Shown here piece by piece: positions 11,700-20,071 of a DNA stretch of 64,000 nt. The stretch covers positions 32,001 to 96,000 of the forward strand of contig CAVYYZ010000005.1 in assembly GCA_963772835.1 (NCBI GenBank), given 5' to 3'. Each line of letters opens with the position of its first letter. Within the stretch, counting starts at the first letter, position 1. Below the pieces are notes generated by a model. That model made no database searches. It was given only the letters and a program-made list of their open reading frames with translations, and was not told where the DNA came from. Source of the stretch: an uncultured delta proteobacterium (GTDB lineage: Bacteria > Desulfobacterota > Desulfuromonadia > Geobacterales > Pseudopelobacteraceae). Both the position numbers and the translations under genes were made by a program.

Positions 11700-11999
11700 T
11701 TACCATGGATGCATGAATTCAAGCCATGCTGCTGGTTTTTGAGAATTGTTTACCGTATTTTCCTTCACAGCGGCAACCACCGTGTCAATCCCGTCCTTAA
11801 TCCCGCTGACCTGCGGATGCACTTCCTTGATGAGGTCATGTTCGAACTTTGAGAGCTTTTCGATGCGTTTGCCTCCCGAGTGCAGTAGAGTTAACAAGGT
11901 ATTCTGTTTGGCTGAAATCCGATGCATCCGCCAAAAACAGGCAACCCACCAAATGGAACCAGCCAATGTCAACCAGAAAGCGATGCCGGATTTATCCAT
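11700..11999 (-). CDS. Hypothetical single-TM membrane protein with coiled coil
   Basis: ATG at 11999 after GGAG. N-terminal Trp-rich TM segment; has its own sigma54 promoter. Confidence 0.65.
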   Translation of the reverse strand: MDKSGIAFWLTLAGSIWWVACFWRMHRISAKQNTLLTLLHSGGKRIEKLSKFEHDLIKEVHPQVSGIKDGIDTVVAAVKENTVNNSQKPAAWLEFMHPW

Positions 12000-12080
12000 C
12001 ACCAATAACTCCAAATGTTATCTGTTAACCGAGAGGCTTTCAGTTAGTGAAATTGCATCCCTTTCAAAGCATTGTTCAGA

Positions 12081-12095
12081 GCAACGAGAGTGCCA
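12081..12095 (-). promoter_or_regulatory. sigma54 -24/-12 promoter
   Basis: Minus strand reads TGGCACTCTCGTTGC, identical to the site at 17993-18007. No clear UAS seen. Confidence 0.75.
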
Positions 12096-12126
12096 GAAAA
12101 AAATACTATGAATGAGGAGCTTTCGT

Positions 12127-12576
12127 TTATTCGGTTTTCAAGTATAAATCCCCCTTGCCTAATTCGGGATGTCCCGTATCACCCACCCCTTGTCGGAGTT
12201 CCGCTCGGGCTTGCTTGGCAAGATTCAAGTAATCAACTCGAATGAGATCGAGATCAGTATCCTCCAAATCCTCCAGGTCCAACAGAGCATTATGTGCCCC
12301 GTCTATGGAGCGGATAATTTCGTCCAGCTTGACTTGCAGCGCCTCAGAATCGCGGTTCTGCGTATTCTGAATAAGGAACACCATCAAGAACGTGACTATC
12401 GTGGTTCCAGTGTTGATAACGAGCTGCCAGGTATCACTGAAACGGAATAGCGGGCCGGTCACTATCCACACCAAAATGATCGTACCTGCAAGCGCAAACG
12501 CTAAAGGGCGACCTGTCGCACGAGATATTGCTTTGGCAAAAAGGGTAAACCAGGATGAAGACTTTGTAGGTTTCAT
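12127..12576 (-). CDS. Low-affinity iron permease family protein (Fet4-like)
   Basis: Signature FSDTWQLVINTGTTIVTFLMVFLIQNTQNRD...KLDE. Confidence 0.93.
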   Translation of the reverse strand: MKPTKSSSWFTLFAKAISRATGRPLAFALAGTIILVWIVTGPLFRFSDTWQLVINTGTTIVTFLMVFLIQNTQNRDSEALQVKLDEIIRSIDGAHNALLDLEDLEDTDLDLIRVDYLNLAKQARAELRQGVGDTGHPELGKGDLYLKTE

Positions 12577-12619
12577 GAGATGACTCCATGTTTGATCGGC
12601 CTGTTATTATTTCCAGTTT

Positions 12620-13762
12620 TCAAAATTGATCCCGCGAACTTGCCAGACAGAGGGCCGCATAGATTCTGGCGGCGGCCGACACTTCCGCAAAGTCCACCCG
12701 TTCATCCGGTGTATGGGCAGTTTCCAGGGAGCCGGGGCCGAGGATCAGCGGCCTGACCCCTGCCGCAAAAAACAGGTTGCCGTCGGAATGGGAGCGGAAG
12801 GCATTCATCTGTAACGGCAGGTCAAGCCGCGGATAGACCTCCTGTAAGGTATGCGCCAGATGGTTATCGGTGCCAAGAGTGTAGCCGGAGGAGGCAAAAT
12901 CGAAGGATACTTCCAGATCCAGTCCGGGAATCTGCCGGTCAAGATTCGCCACGATCGTGCGGATCGCATCCTGAAGGACGACCGGGTCACGATCGGGGGG
13001 CAGATGCAGATCTATCCAGGCCTCACAACGGTCGGGAACGACGAAACCTGCCTGCGACGATTTCATTTCCCTGATGGAATAGACAATCTCCGATCTGGCC
13101 CGGTCGAACAGAGGGTCGTTACCCAGATGCAGCAGCACACGCAGCATCGACTCAACTGCATTATGCCCCAGTTCGGGGAGCGAGGAATGGCTTTGCAGCC
13201 CGCGTGTGACGAAACCGGCTTCCAGGTAGCCGTAATGGGCAAATCCGGCCGCCAGACCGGTCGGTTCGCCGATGACCACCCAGGGTGGTCGGCAGGACTG
13301 GAGAAAGACCGCGCTGCCGTCGCCGTTTTCTTCCTCCCCCACAACCAGCAGCAGCCCGATTGATGGCCGCTCCGCAGGTTCCAGCGCCTCGGCCAGTGCC
13401 AGCCAGGCCTCGACCATGGCAGCACACCCGCCTTTCATATCGGCACTCCCCAGGCCGCAGATCATGCCGTCTTCCTGCCGAGGTCCGGAATCATCCAGAT
13501 CCCAGGCGGGAACGGTATCAACATGTCCCACCAGATAGAACTGCGGCTCTCCGGGACCCATGGTGACGCGCAGGTTATAACGCTCCTCGTCCACCTCCTG
13601 CCGTTCAACATGGCACCCTGCCCGGATGAGGAGTTCTTCCAGATGCAGCTGAATATCCTCCTCCTTGCCGGAGGGCGAATATATATCAAGAAGATCACGG
13701 AATGTACTTTTGAGACGATCCGGATTGATGGCCCGCCAGACCTTCTCCAGGCGGGCGCTCAT
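12620..13762 (-). CDS. M20 family metallopeptidase/deacylase (ArgE/DapE-like)
   Basis: Motifs GHVDTV, GLGSADMKGG, GEEE, GEPT and AHTPDE. Confidence 0.9.
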   Translation of the reverse strand: MSARLEKVWRAINPDRLKSTFRDLLDIYSPSGKEEDIQLHLEELLIRAGCHVERQEVDEERYNLRVTMGPGEPQFYLVGHVDTVPAWDLDDSGPRQEDGMICGLGSADMKGGCAAMVEAWLALAEALEPAERPSIGLLLVVGEEENGDGSAVFLQSCRPPWVVIGEPTGLAAGFAHYGYLEAGFVTRGLQSHSSLPELGHNAVESMLRVLLHLGNDPLFDRARSEIVYSIREMKSSQAGFVVPDRCEAWIDLHLPPDRDPVVLQDAIRTIVANLDRQIPGLDLEVSFDFASSGYTLGTDNHLAHTLQEVYPRLDLPLQMNAFRSHSDGNLFFAAGVRPLILGPGSLETAHTPDERVDFAEVSAAARIYAALCLASSRDQF

Positions 13763-14271
13763 GATTTTTTCCCGGTTTTTTTTCTATTCTTGCGCGTCAG
13801 GTTGAGCGACATGTAGACATGTTCCTGGACATCGCCGAATCCCTGTTTTTCAAAAAAGCGGACCGCCGGATGGTTGTCTGCGGAGGTGTCAATGATCATC
13901 ATCCTGACCCCCTGCTCTTTCATGCGATGTTTGATCTCCTTGAACAGACCGCTGCCCACCCCGCCCTGTTGAATATCACTCCGGACTCCCACCCAGACGA
14001 GATAGCCGTATTTCCAGGGGGAGTTGTGTTTCGTGACCGTTGTCCCGAGGGCAAATCCGAGAATAGCTCCCCCCGCCTCTGCCACCAGACAGAGTTCACT
14101 GTCAGAATTATAGAGGGTGGTGATCTCATATTCGTCCCAGGTACGGTACAGACTTTGAAATGATTCGGCGGTGAAGACCTCTTCGCCGATATGAAAGACC
14201 ATGGAAAAATCATCTATGGTCATCTGCCGGATGCGGAGCGTCTCTTTGCCTGCCGGTGCTGGTTCAGTCAT
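13759..14271 (-). CDS. GNAT family N-acetyltransferase
   Basis: Acetyl-CoA motif QQGGVGSGL and N.PAVRFFEKQGF. ATGA overlap with the M20 gene. Confidence 0.9.
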   Translation of the reverse strand: MTEPAPAGKETLRIRQMTIDDFSMVFHIGEEVFTAESFQSLYRTWDEYEITTLYNSDSELCLVAEAGGAILGFALGTTVTKHNSPWKYGYLVWVGVRSDIQQGGVGSGLFKEIKHRMKEQGVRMMIIDTSADNHPAVRFFEKQGFGDVQEHVYMSLNLTRKNRKKTGKKS

Positions 14272-14311
14272 GATGTCACCTCAGTGGAAATAGTAATGAT
14301 TGTAGTGCCTA

Positions 14312-14326
14312 GCATAAAAAGTGCCA
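14312..14326 (-). promoter_or_regulatory. sigma54 -24/-12 promoter
   Basis: Minus strand reads TGGCACTTTTTATGC, ~40 bp upstream of the GNAT start. Confidence 0.75.
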
Positions 14327-14398
14327 CGAACGGCGGTCAGGCTGTTTTATCGATTATACACCAATCCTGCCGGTTCTTTACAATGCCGGAATTTATTC

Positions 14399-14560
14399 AT
14401 AAAAAAACGGTTAACCGCCGATGAACGCAGATACACGCCGATAAATCAAAGGCTTGGAGAAAAAATGGTTTAACCCAAAAGGTGCATCTATTTTTTGAAG
14501 TAAGTTCTGGTTTTATCGGCGTGTATCCGTTTTTTTCGGCGGCTAACTGCCGTTTACAGG
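14399..14560. mobile_element. MITE/REP-like element with ~40-bp imperfect terminal inverted repeats
   Basis: Left arm AAACGGTTAACCGCCGATGAACGCAGATACACGCCGATAAA pairs with right arm TTTATCGGCGTGTATCCGTTTTTTTCGGCGGCTAACTGCCGTTT. Flanked by direct TTTATTC at 14392-14398 and 14561-14567. Confidence 0.6.
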
Positions 14561-14591
14561 TTTATTCTTCAGTCGACCTGCGAAGGCTGCG

Positions 14592-14625
14592 CCGCCACAT
14601 ATGACGGTTTCGTCAACCTTGACGG
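14592..14625. promoter_or_regulatory. Tandem putative UAS palindromes
   Basis: CCGCCA-CATA-TGACGG (14592-14607) and TCGTCA-ACCT-TGACGG (14610-14625). Confidence 0.65.
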
Positions 14626-14722
14626 AAGATAATAACGGTTTTTACGCCTGACCGGTTCGATCTTATACTTTTTTACGCAGTACAATCAGTCGGTTACATC
14701 GAAAAAAGTAATTTAATGTATT

Positions 14723-14737
14723 TGGCATGTTAGTTGA
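14723..14737 (+). promoter_or_regulatory. sigma54 promoter (-12 GA variant)
   Basis: TGGCATGTTAGTTGA. IHF-like AATCAGTCGGTTA at 14684-14696; UAS 98 bp upstream. Confidence 0.65.
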
Positions 14738-14875
14738 TAGTATGAAGATGCTTCACTTCGCCAGGGGCTGCTTCACCTCCCATGGGCCCCTGGCCTTTTT
14801 TTCATTCAGACATCTACATGATACAGCAGATGAGTGCTGCACCAATATATTTTCTGCATTTGGAGGATCAGTCCC

Positions 14876-15061
14876 ATGTCTATTATAAAGGGAAATCCCA
14901 GATACAATGTCATCTCCATGCGAATCAGCGAAGCAGAGCGGAGAGTTCTTGAAAAGCTTGTTCAGAAAAGCCACAAAAACGTTTCACGTATCATGCGCGA
15001 TGCATTTGAATATTTCGCCGCCAGTCTCGAACTTCCAAAAGCCGGCGGCACCGCAATGTAG
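14876..15061 (+). CDS. hgtR: HgtR-like ribbon-helix-helix transcriptional repressor
   Basis: ATG at 14876 after GGAGGA. NPRYNVISMRIS..ER...VS.IMRDAF resembles the Geobacter HgtR family; may be a paralog. Confidence 0.75.
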   Translation: MSIIKGNPRYNVISMRISEAERRVLEKLVQKSHKNVSRIMRDAFEYFAASLELPKAGGTAM

Positions 15062-15127
15062 CGCGGAACTGCACCAGTATCAGCAGATAATCGTGAGTGC
15101 CATTATTTATACATGGAGGTCAGAAAC

Positions 15128-15304
15128 ATGAGCCACGACAACAGGAAACAGAGGGAAAAGTATCCGGGCACCGGCAATCACAAGGGGCATGATGCGGAAG
15201 TGGAGCACGGCAAAGTACCTGCCCACGCCAGGAAGCCCCTGCCGGAACCGGTTCCCGTAACGGCCGGCTCAGCAAAAACAAGCTGTCACCGATGGGAACA
15301 TTGA
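15128..15304 (+). CDS. Small hydrophilic His/Lys-rich hypothetical protein
   Basis: Strong SD GGAGGT 7 nt before the ATG at 15128; no recognisable domain. Confidence 0.45.
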   Translation: MSHDNRKQREKYPGTGNHKGHDAEVEHGKVPAHARKPLPEPVPVTAGSAKTSCHRWEH

Positions 15305-15951
15305 AGTATATACTTCATTTCGCAGGGCCATTCATACGGGGTCATTGTCCGCTCTGAGCCCTCCCCCGCTGCCGTTCCTCCGGGATTCTCATGTCCAGAC
15401 AAAAACTGTTCCTCGGTGCCGACGGACTTCTCGGGATTCTGCCGCTTTTCTGCGAAGAGGTCCTGCCGGTTATCATGAATAGGCTATCATGCAGCATTAT
15501 CCGCACATCCCCCACCCGCTACAACGTCACCGACATCACCGAGCAGACACAACCGAGAGGCAAAACCTCCTTCGGTGGGTCCTCCTCAGGTCGCCATTGA
15601 AAATAGTGTCCGGCTTACCTCCAGCAATCACGATTGTTTTTTTCGGTAATACCCGGGAAAGAGACCTGGTCGGTCAGCCATACTATCGCGCAGCAAGCGC
15701 TTCCACGTTGTCCTGATGCTCCTTCAATACTGGCAGGACCCCATCCAGACCATGATACCGCACAGGCACTCCACCATACCCTGCACGTACATACTGCAGC
15801 AGTTTAATAAACGCCGACATCGAGCAGTTATATATGACGGATTCCCGTGTCAACCGGTCGTATTTGACGGCTTAATTATTGACTGATTGTATATGCTTTT
15901 TTATTAACAACAAAAACGGATAGTTACATCATATCGACAGAGCATCTTTCT

Positions 15952-15966
15952 TGGCACGATAGATGA
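15952..15966 (+). promoter_or_regulatory. sigma54 promoter (-12 GA variant)
   Basis: TGGCACGATAGATGA. UAS-like CAGTTA-TATA-TGACGG (15825-15840) and CGGTCG-TATT-TGACGG (15855-15870). Confidence 0.55.
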
Positions 15967-16161
15967 TGACTCCACTGGTACAAACAATAATGGTTTGCAC
16001 TAACGAAAAAAGGAGATTCGTCATGGATATATAATGTTGTCAGGCAGCAACCAATCGTAATGCCGTTATTGATTGATACAATGCCAGCCTGACCGTAGGA
16101 CAGGAAAAAGGGGAGATAGGATGTTCAGTGATTATTATCAAGATTAATGGAGGAATAAAAA

Positions 16162-17037
16162 ATGAAACAACAAATCAAGGTGGATATTTTTCGCAAACTC
16201 TCAGTAAAACTCGGTGCAATTGCATTGTCCTCACTGTTTCTTTCCGCAGCACCGTTCTACACGGGAATTGCTGAAGCTGCTCCGGCTTTGGGAACTTCCG
16301 CCTCCTACGCCGTACTAGGCGGAACAGCGGTAACTCTCACCGATGCGACCGTCACGGGAGATGTGGGCTCCGGCCTGCCGTTCAGCACCGTGACCGCTAC
16401 AACCAGTCCGGTCACCGGGACGATCCATCAGGCTGACCCAAGTGCTATTACTGCATATAGTGATTTTCTCACTGGCTACGATCTGTTCGCGCAGGAACCG
16501 TGCAACGTGACCCTGACCGGTGATCTTGCTAATCAGATACTAACACCGAATGTGTACTGTTTTGATGCGGCCGCTACATTGACGGGTCAGCTGACGCTTG
16601 ACGGCCCGGCAAACGGGGAGTGGATCTTCAAGGTCGGAACACTTGGAACCGGTGCCCTGACCGGCACAAATTTCTCGGTGGTCATGTCCGGTGGAGCAAA
16701 TCCGTGCAACGTATATTGGTGGTCTGCCGAGGCCGCAACAATGACAACTTCAAACTTCCAGGGAACACTTCTGTCGGGAGCAGGCAGCACATTTACCGGC
16801 GGCAGCCTGATGGGACGGGACCTGTCGAAAGCGGGCGCTACATTAACCGGCGCTGCCGTCTCTGCCTGCAATAGTACCGGACCGGTAATTCCGCCGGTAG
16901 ATCCCCCGAAGGACCACAATTGCGATAATAACCACAACCACAACTACGATCATAACAAAGACAAAGACAAAGACAAAGAACACGGCAATAGCTGTAACCT
17001 TGAGAAAGAGCATGACAAAGACAAAGATTCGAAATAA
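16162..17037 (+). CDS. Secreted ice-binding family protein (DUF3494) with His/Asp/Lys-rich tail
   Basis: Signal peptide followed by LGTSASYAVLGGTAVT, VTGDVG, LTPNVYCF..AATLTGQLTLD, WIFKVG, NVYW...ATM...FQGTLL; Thr-rich. Confidence 0.9.
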   Translation: MKQQIKVDIFRKLSVKLGAIALSSLFLSAAPFYTGIAEAAPALGTSASYAVLGGTAVTLTDATVTGDVGSGLPFSTVTATTSPVTGTIHQADPSAITAYSDFLTGYDLFAQEPCNVTLTGDLANQILTPNVYCFDAAATLTGQLTLDGPANGEWIFKVGTLGTGALTGTNFSVVMSGGANPCNVYWWSAEAATMTTSNFQGTLLSGAGSTFTGGSLMGRDLSKAGATLTGAAVSACNSTGPVIPPVDPPKDHNCDNNHNHNYDHNKDKDKDKEHGNSCNLEKEHDKDKDSK

Positions 17038-17118
17038 TCAACGGCACGCAGCGTTTCTCTGGAACGAAGAGTAACTAATGATGCAGCCGATACATCGCAC
17101 TGATCAAAAAGTATACTA

Positions 17119-17160
17119 AAGAGGGGGTGCCGGGGAAAATCCCTGACACCCCCTCTTCTT
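17119..17160. terminator. Intrinsic terminator-like hairpin between convergent genes
   Basis: AAGAGGGGGTG...CACCCCCTCTT stem. Confidence 0.75.
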
Positions 17161-17191
17161 ATATGCAGGAATTTGAGCCGTCTATCTTTCT

Positions 17192-17821
17192 TCAGAGCTT
17201 CGGGAAGCGTATGCGGCTGATCATCAATGAGCCGGAAACCGCAAACATCAGCACTAATGGATGGAGAGTAAACCCGGCAATCATGACATGACCGAACCAG
17301 AGAGACTCCTGCAGTGCACCCTGCGAGGCGGCAACAAACATAACCATAACAAGAAGCAGTGACGATGGGATGGGAGTTCCTTCGAAGTACTTGACCTTGC
17401 TCCCCCCTTCGGACAGGTCATCGGCCGTAACATTATAACGCGCCAGTCGGGATACGCCACAGGCGACAAAACAGGTCAGGATAATCCGGTCATACAAGCC
17501 CTGCATGCCGCATCCGTAGGCAATCACCGCCGGGGCCACTCCAAAAGAGATGACATCCGCAAGAGAGTCGAGCTCACGTCCCATTATAGAGTGTTTCTGC
17601 CGCCATCGGGCAATCCGTCCATCAAGCACATCGAATACTAACGCGGCAAGAATCAGCCCGCAGGCAAAGTAGACATGTCTGACGTCGTTTGTCTGCAGGT
17701 ACGTCAGCATGGAAAACAGTGCCCCCGTACCGCAGACTGCATTTGCCAGTGTAAACCAGTCGGCAAGCTGGAATTCCCGGATCATGGCGAAGGGTTTATG
17801 CTGATTTTTATCTGTTTTCAT
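17192..17821 (-). CDS. CDP-alcohol phosphatidyltransferase (PssA-like, second copy)
   Basis: DVLDGRIAR...GRELDSLADVISFGVAP and SRLARYN motifs; SD AGGAGAGG. Confidence 0.9.
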   Translation of the reverse strand: MKTDKNQHKPFAMIREFQLADWFTLANAVCGTGALFSMLTYLQTNDVRHVYFACGLILAALVFDVLDGRIARWRQKHSIMGRELDSLADVISFGVAPAVIAYGCGMQGLYDRIILTCFVACGVSRLARYNVTADDLSEGGSKVKYFEGTPIPSSLLLVMVMFVAASQGALQESLWFGHVMIAGFTLHPLVLMFAVSGSLMISRIRFPKL

Positions 17822-17992
17822 ATCGGTCAGCCTCTCCTTATTGTTCAAGATAGCGCAGCCTGCTCTTTCTCTGCTTTTCCACCGGCAATGTTCGCTAATG
17901 GTAGACTGTTTTCTTCCTTATGTCGATCAGTGGAAATCTCGAAGGCGATTGCAGCGGGAAAAGCCAGAGCACTGTAGTCAGACAAACACAAA

Positions 17993-18007
17993 GCAACGAG
18001 AGTGCCA
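17993..18007 (-). promoter_or_regulatory. sigma54 -24/-12 promoter
   Basis: Minus strand reads TGGCACTCTCGTTGC. IHF-like site at 18034-18046; UAS starts 97 bp away at 18104. Confidence 0.8.
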
Positions 18008-18103
18008 GAGGAGACAGGCGGGGTATGAACATGCAACAATCTAATAGTACGCATGAAAATGGAACAACAGTTTCTGAGGAGAAAGGAAAACCGTCACGGC
18101 AAC

Positions 18104-18137
18104 CCATCATATGTAACGGTTATGCCGCACGTGACGG
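18104..18137. promoter_or_regulatory. Tandem putative UAS shared by divergent sigma54 promoters
   Basis: CCATCA-TATG-TAACGG (18104-18119) and ATGCCG-CACG-TGACGG (18122-18137), 97 bp from each flanking promoter. Confidence 0.6.
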
Positions 18138-18233
18138 GTATCAATAACACTGCACTCCGTAACATCTCACGTCGTGCTTCACTTTTACCTTTATTATCAA
18201 AGCATTGAAGCATCATTTGGCGACTGTTTTCTA

Positions 18234-18248
18234 TGGCACGCTAGTTGC
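18234..18248 (+). promoter_or_regulatory. sigma54 -24/-12 promoter
   Basis: TGGCACGCTAGTTGC, with consensus IHF site TATCAAAGCATTG at 18195-18207. Confidence 0.88.
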
Positions 18249-18323
18249 CATATAGCATCTCAGCAGAGTACGGCACTTTGTGCTATCTGCACCAACCACG
18301 TTGTTATCCTAAAGGAGGATACC

Positions 18324-18503
18324 ATGAAATCAAGTATCAGAGACAAGGCAGAGGGAGCGTTTCACGAACTAAAGGGTACGGCCAAGGAGATCTCCGGAAT
18401 ACTGAATGAGGATCCGGAGTTGGAAGCTGAAGGTGCAGATGAAAAAATAGCCGGTAAAGTTCAGAAAAAGGTCGGCCAGATCAAGACGGTTCTGGGGAAG
18501 TAG
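18324..18503 (+). CDS. CsbD family general stress protein (copy 1)
   Basis: MKSSIRDKAEGAFHELKGTAKE...LEAEG..EKIAGKVQKKVGQIK; SD AAGGAGG. Confidence 0.92.
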   Translation: MKSSIRDKAEGAFHELKGTAKEISGILNEDPELEAEGADEKIAGKVQKKVGQIKTVLGK

Positions 18504-18628
18504 CGGGAGGCATGTCTGTTTTCGGGCCCAGCTGCGGGCGTACGATTCACCTCAGCCGGGTTCCGAAGTTACGGGGGCCTGAGTTACAGAGCTCACTACA
18601 TCAGCAACTAAATAAAGGAGAACGTGAC

Positions 18629-19156
18629 ATGAAAACTTTACATTCCGCAACCATTACGGCGGCAGCGGTCGCTCTGCTGGCGCTCACTGCACCCGTTACC
18701 TCATTTTCACAGATGAAGGATACCTCCATGAAGGGGCATCAACAGAGAGCCGGCCAGATGGCCGAAACGGCCGAAATGGGCAATATGGGTATGATGGGCG
18801 ACATGATGGGCATGTGTATTGAACATGCTGACAAAATGGGACTGAGCGAAGAGCAGGTCGCAAAAATGAAGCCCGCACATCGCGAAATGCAGAAAAAACA
18901 GGCCCAATTCAAAGCAGACGTGAAGATTGCCGAGATCGATCTCATGGGAATCATGGAAGTGAAAGATTTTGATCTGGAAAAGGCAAACGCTTCGGTTAAG
19001 AAAATTGCCGATATAAAAACGGCCCATCATCTGGAAATGCTGAAGCAGATGAAAGAAATGCGGTCTATGCTGACGGATGAACAGTTTAAGAACATGAAAA
19101 AGATGATGACCATGAAGGGTGAGAAAAAACCGGCAATGAAGATGCTTAAAAAATAG
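18629..19156 (+). CDS. Met-rich periplasmic Spy/CpxP-like or heavy-metal-binding protein
   Basis: Signal peptide; GLSEEQ and LTDEQ (LTxxQ-like) motifs; many Met and His residues. Confidence 0.8.
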   Translation: MKTLHSATITAAAVALLALTAPVTSFSQMKDTSMKGHQQRAGQMAETAEMGNMGMMGDMMGMCIEHADKMGLSEEQVAKMKPAHREMQKKQAQFKADVKIAEIDLMGIMEVKDFDLEKANASVKKIADIKTAHHLEMLKQMKEMRSMLTDEQFKNMKKMMTMKGEKKPAMKMLKK

Positions 19157-19184
19157 ATTAGCATTGATAACGGGAGAGCATTTT

Positions 19185-19946
19185 ATGAAAGCACTATATT
19201 CCATATTCATACTGGCGGCAGCAGTTTCCCTGATGGGGATCAGCGTATCTGCTTTTGCTGCAACGAGCATGGACAGCCGCATCGAATCGTCCGCCAGGCA
19301 GTCGTATGTATTCAAAACCTACCTTCAGGGTGATGACATCAAAATCCAGTCCAAGAACGGCGCCGTTACCCTGACGGGGATAGTCTCCGAAAACTTTCAC
19401 AAGTCATTGGCACTGGAGACCGTAACAGGCCTCCCCGGCGTTAAGAGCGTGGACAACAGGCTCGAGGTCAAAGGGGCTCCCCCCACCGCGAACTCAAATG
19501 CGTGGCTTCGAGACAAAGTGATGGTCGCGCTCCTGTTTCATCGCAGCGTGAGCGCCGCTAAAACCGAGGTTGATGTCACAGATGGCATCGTAACCCTGAA
19601 AGGCGAAGCTGCCAGCCAGTCACAAAAGGAACTGACAACCGAGTACGCCAGGGATGTCGAAGGTATCAAAGACGTAAAAAATGAGATGACCGTGGCCCAA
19701 ACCTCGAAAAAGGGATCCCGAACAATAGGTCAAAAGGTCGATGACGCATCCATCACCGCCCAGGTCAACATGTCACTGTTGAACCATCGCTCCACGAGTG
19801 TCCTCAATACCACGGTCAAAACAAAACGCGGCGTGGTTACGGTGGGGGGCAAAGCTAAGAATACGGCTGAAAAGGACCTGGTAACCAAACTTGTCGCCGA
19901 TATCAACGGCGTAAAGAGAGTCAATAACCGGATGTCCATCCAGTAA
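19185..19946 (+). CDS. Periplasmic protein with three BON domains (OsmY-like)
   Basis: Signal peptide; three repeats of G.VTL.G...GVK.V.N; DDASITAQV. Confidence 0.93.
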   Translation: MKALYSIFILAAAVSLMGISVSAFAATSMDSRIESSARQSYVFKTYLQGDDIKIQSKNGAVTLTGIVSENFHKSLALETVTGLPGVKSVDNRLEVKGAPPTANSNAWLRDKVMVALLFHRSVSAAKTEVDVTDGIVTLKGEAASQSQKELTTEYARDVEGIKDVKNEMTVAQTSKKGSRTIGQKVDDASITAQVNMSLLNHRSTSVLNTTVKTKRGVVTVGGKAKNTAEKDLVTKLVADINGVKRVNNRMSIQ

Positions 19947-19952
19947 CCAGCT

Positions 19953-19994
19953 TCGTTAAAACAGGGCGCACGACAATGCTCCCTGTTTTAACGA
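19953..19994. terminator. Hairpin after BON gene
   Basis: TCGTTAAAACAGGG...CCCTGTTTTAACGA inverted repeat; no clear U-tract. Confidence 0.5.
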
Positions 19995-20071
19995 GCAGAA
20001 CAAATGTATTGCCTGTATTTTTGACTGACAGAACCGGATATCGATACAACGACGCATCAGCGGGCTCATTC

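Noticed and set aside
15485..15597. Minus-strand ATG-GCG-ACC-TGA followed by a hairpin, suggestive of a selenoprotein/SECIS
   Set aside because: The SD is too far from the ATG, the loop lacks typical SECIS features, and the read-through peptide is unrecognisable.
15551..15625. GGCAAAACC hairpin resembling a GEMM (c-di-GMP/cGAMP) riboswitch
   Set aside because: The second stem and tetraloop-receptor pattern are missing.
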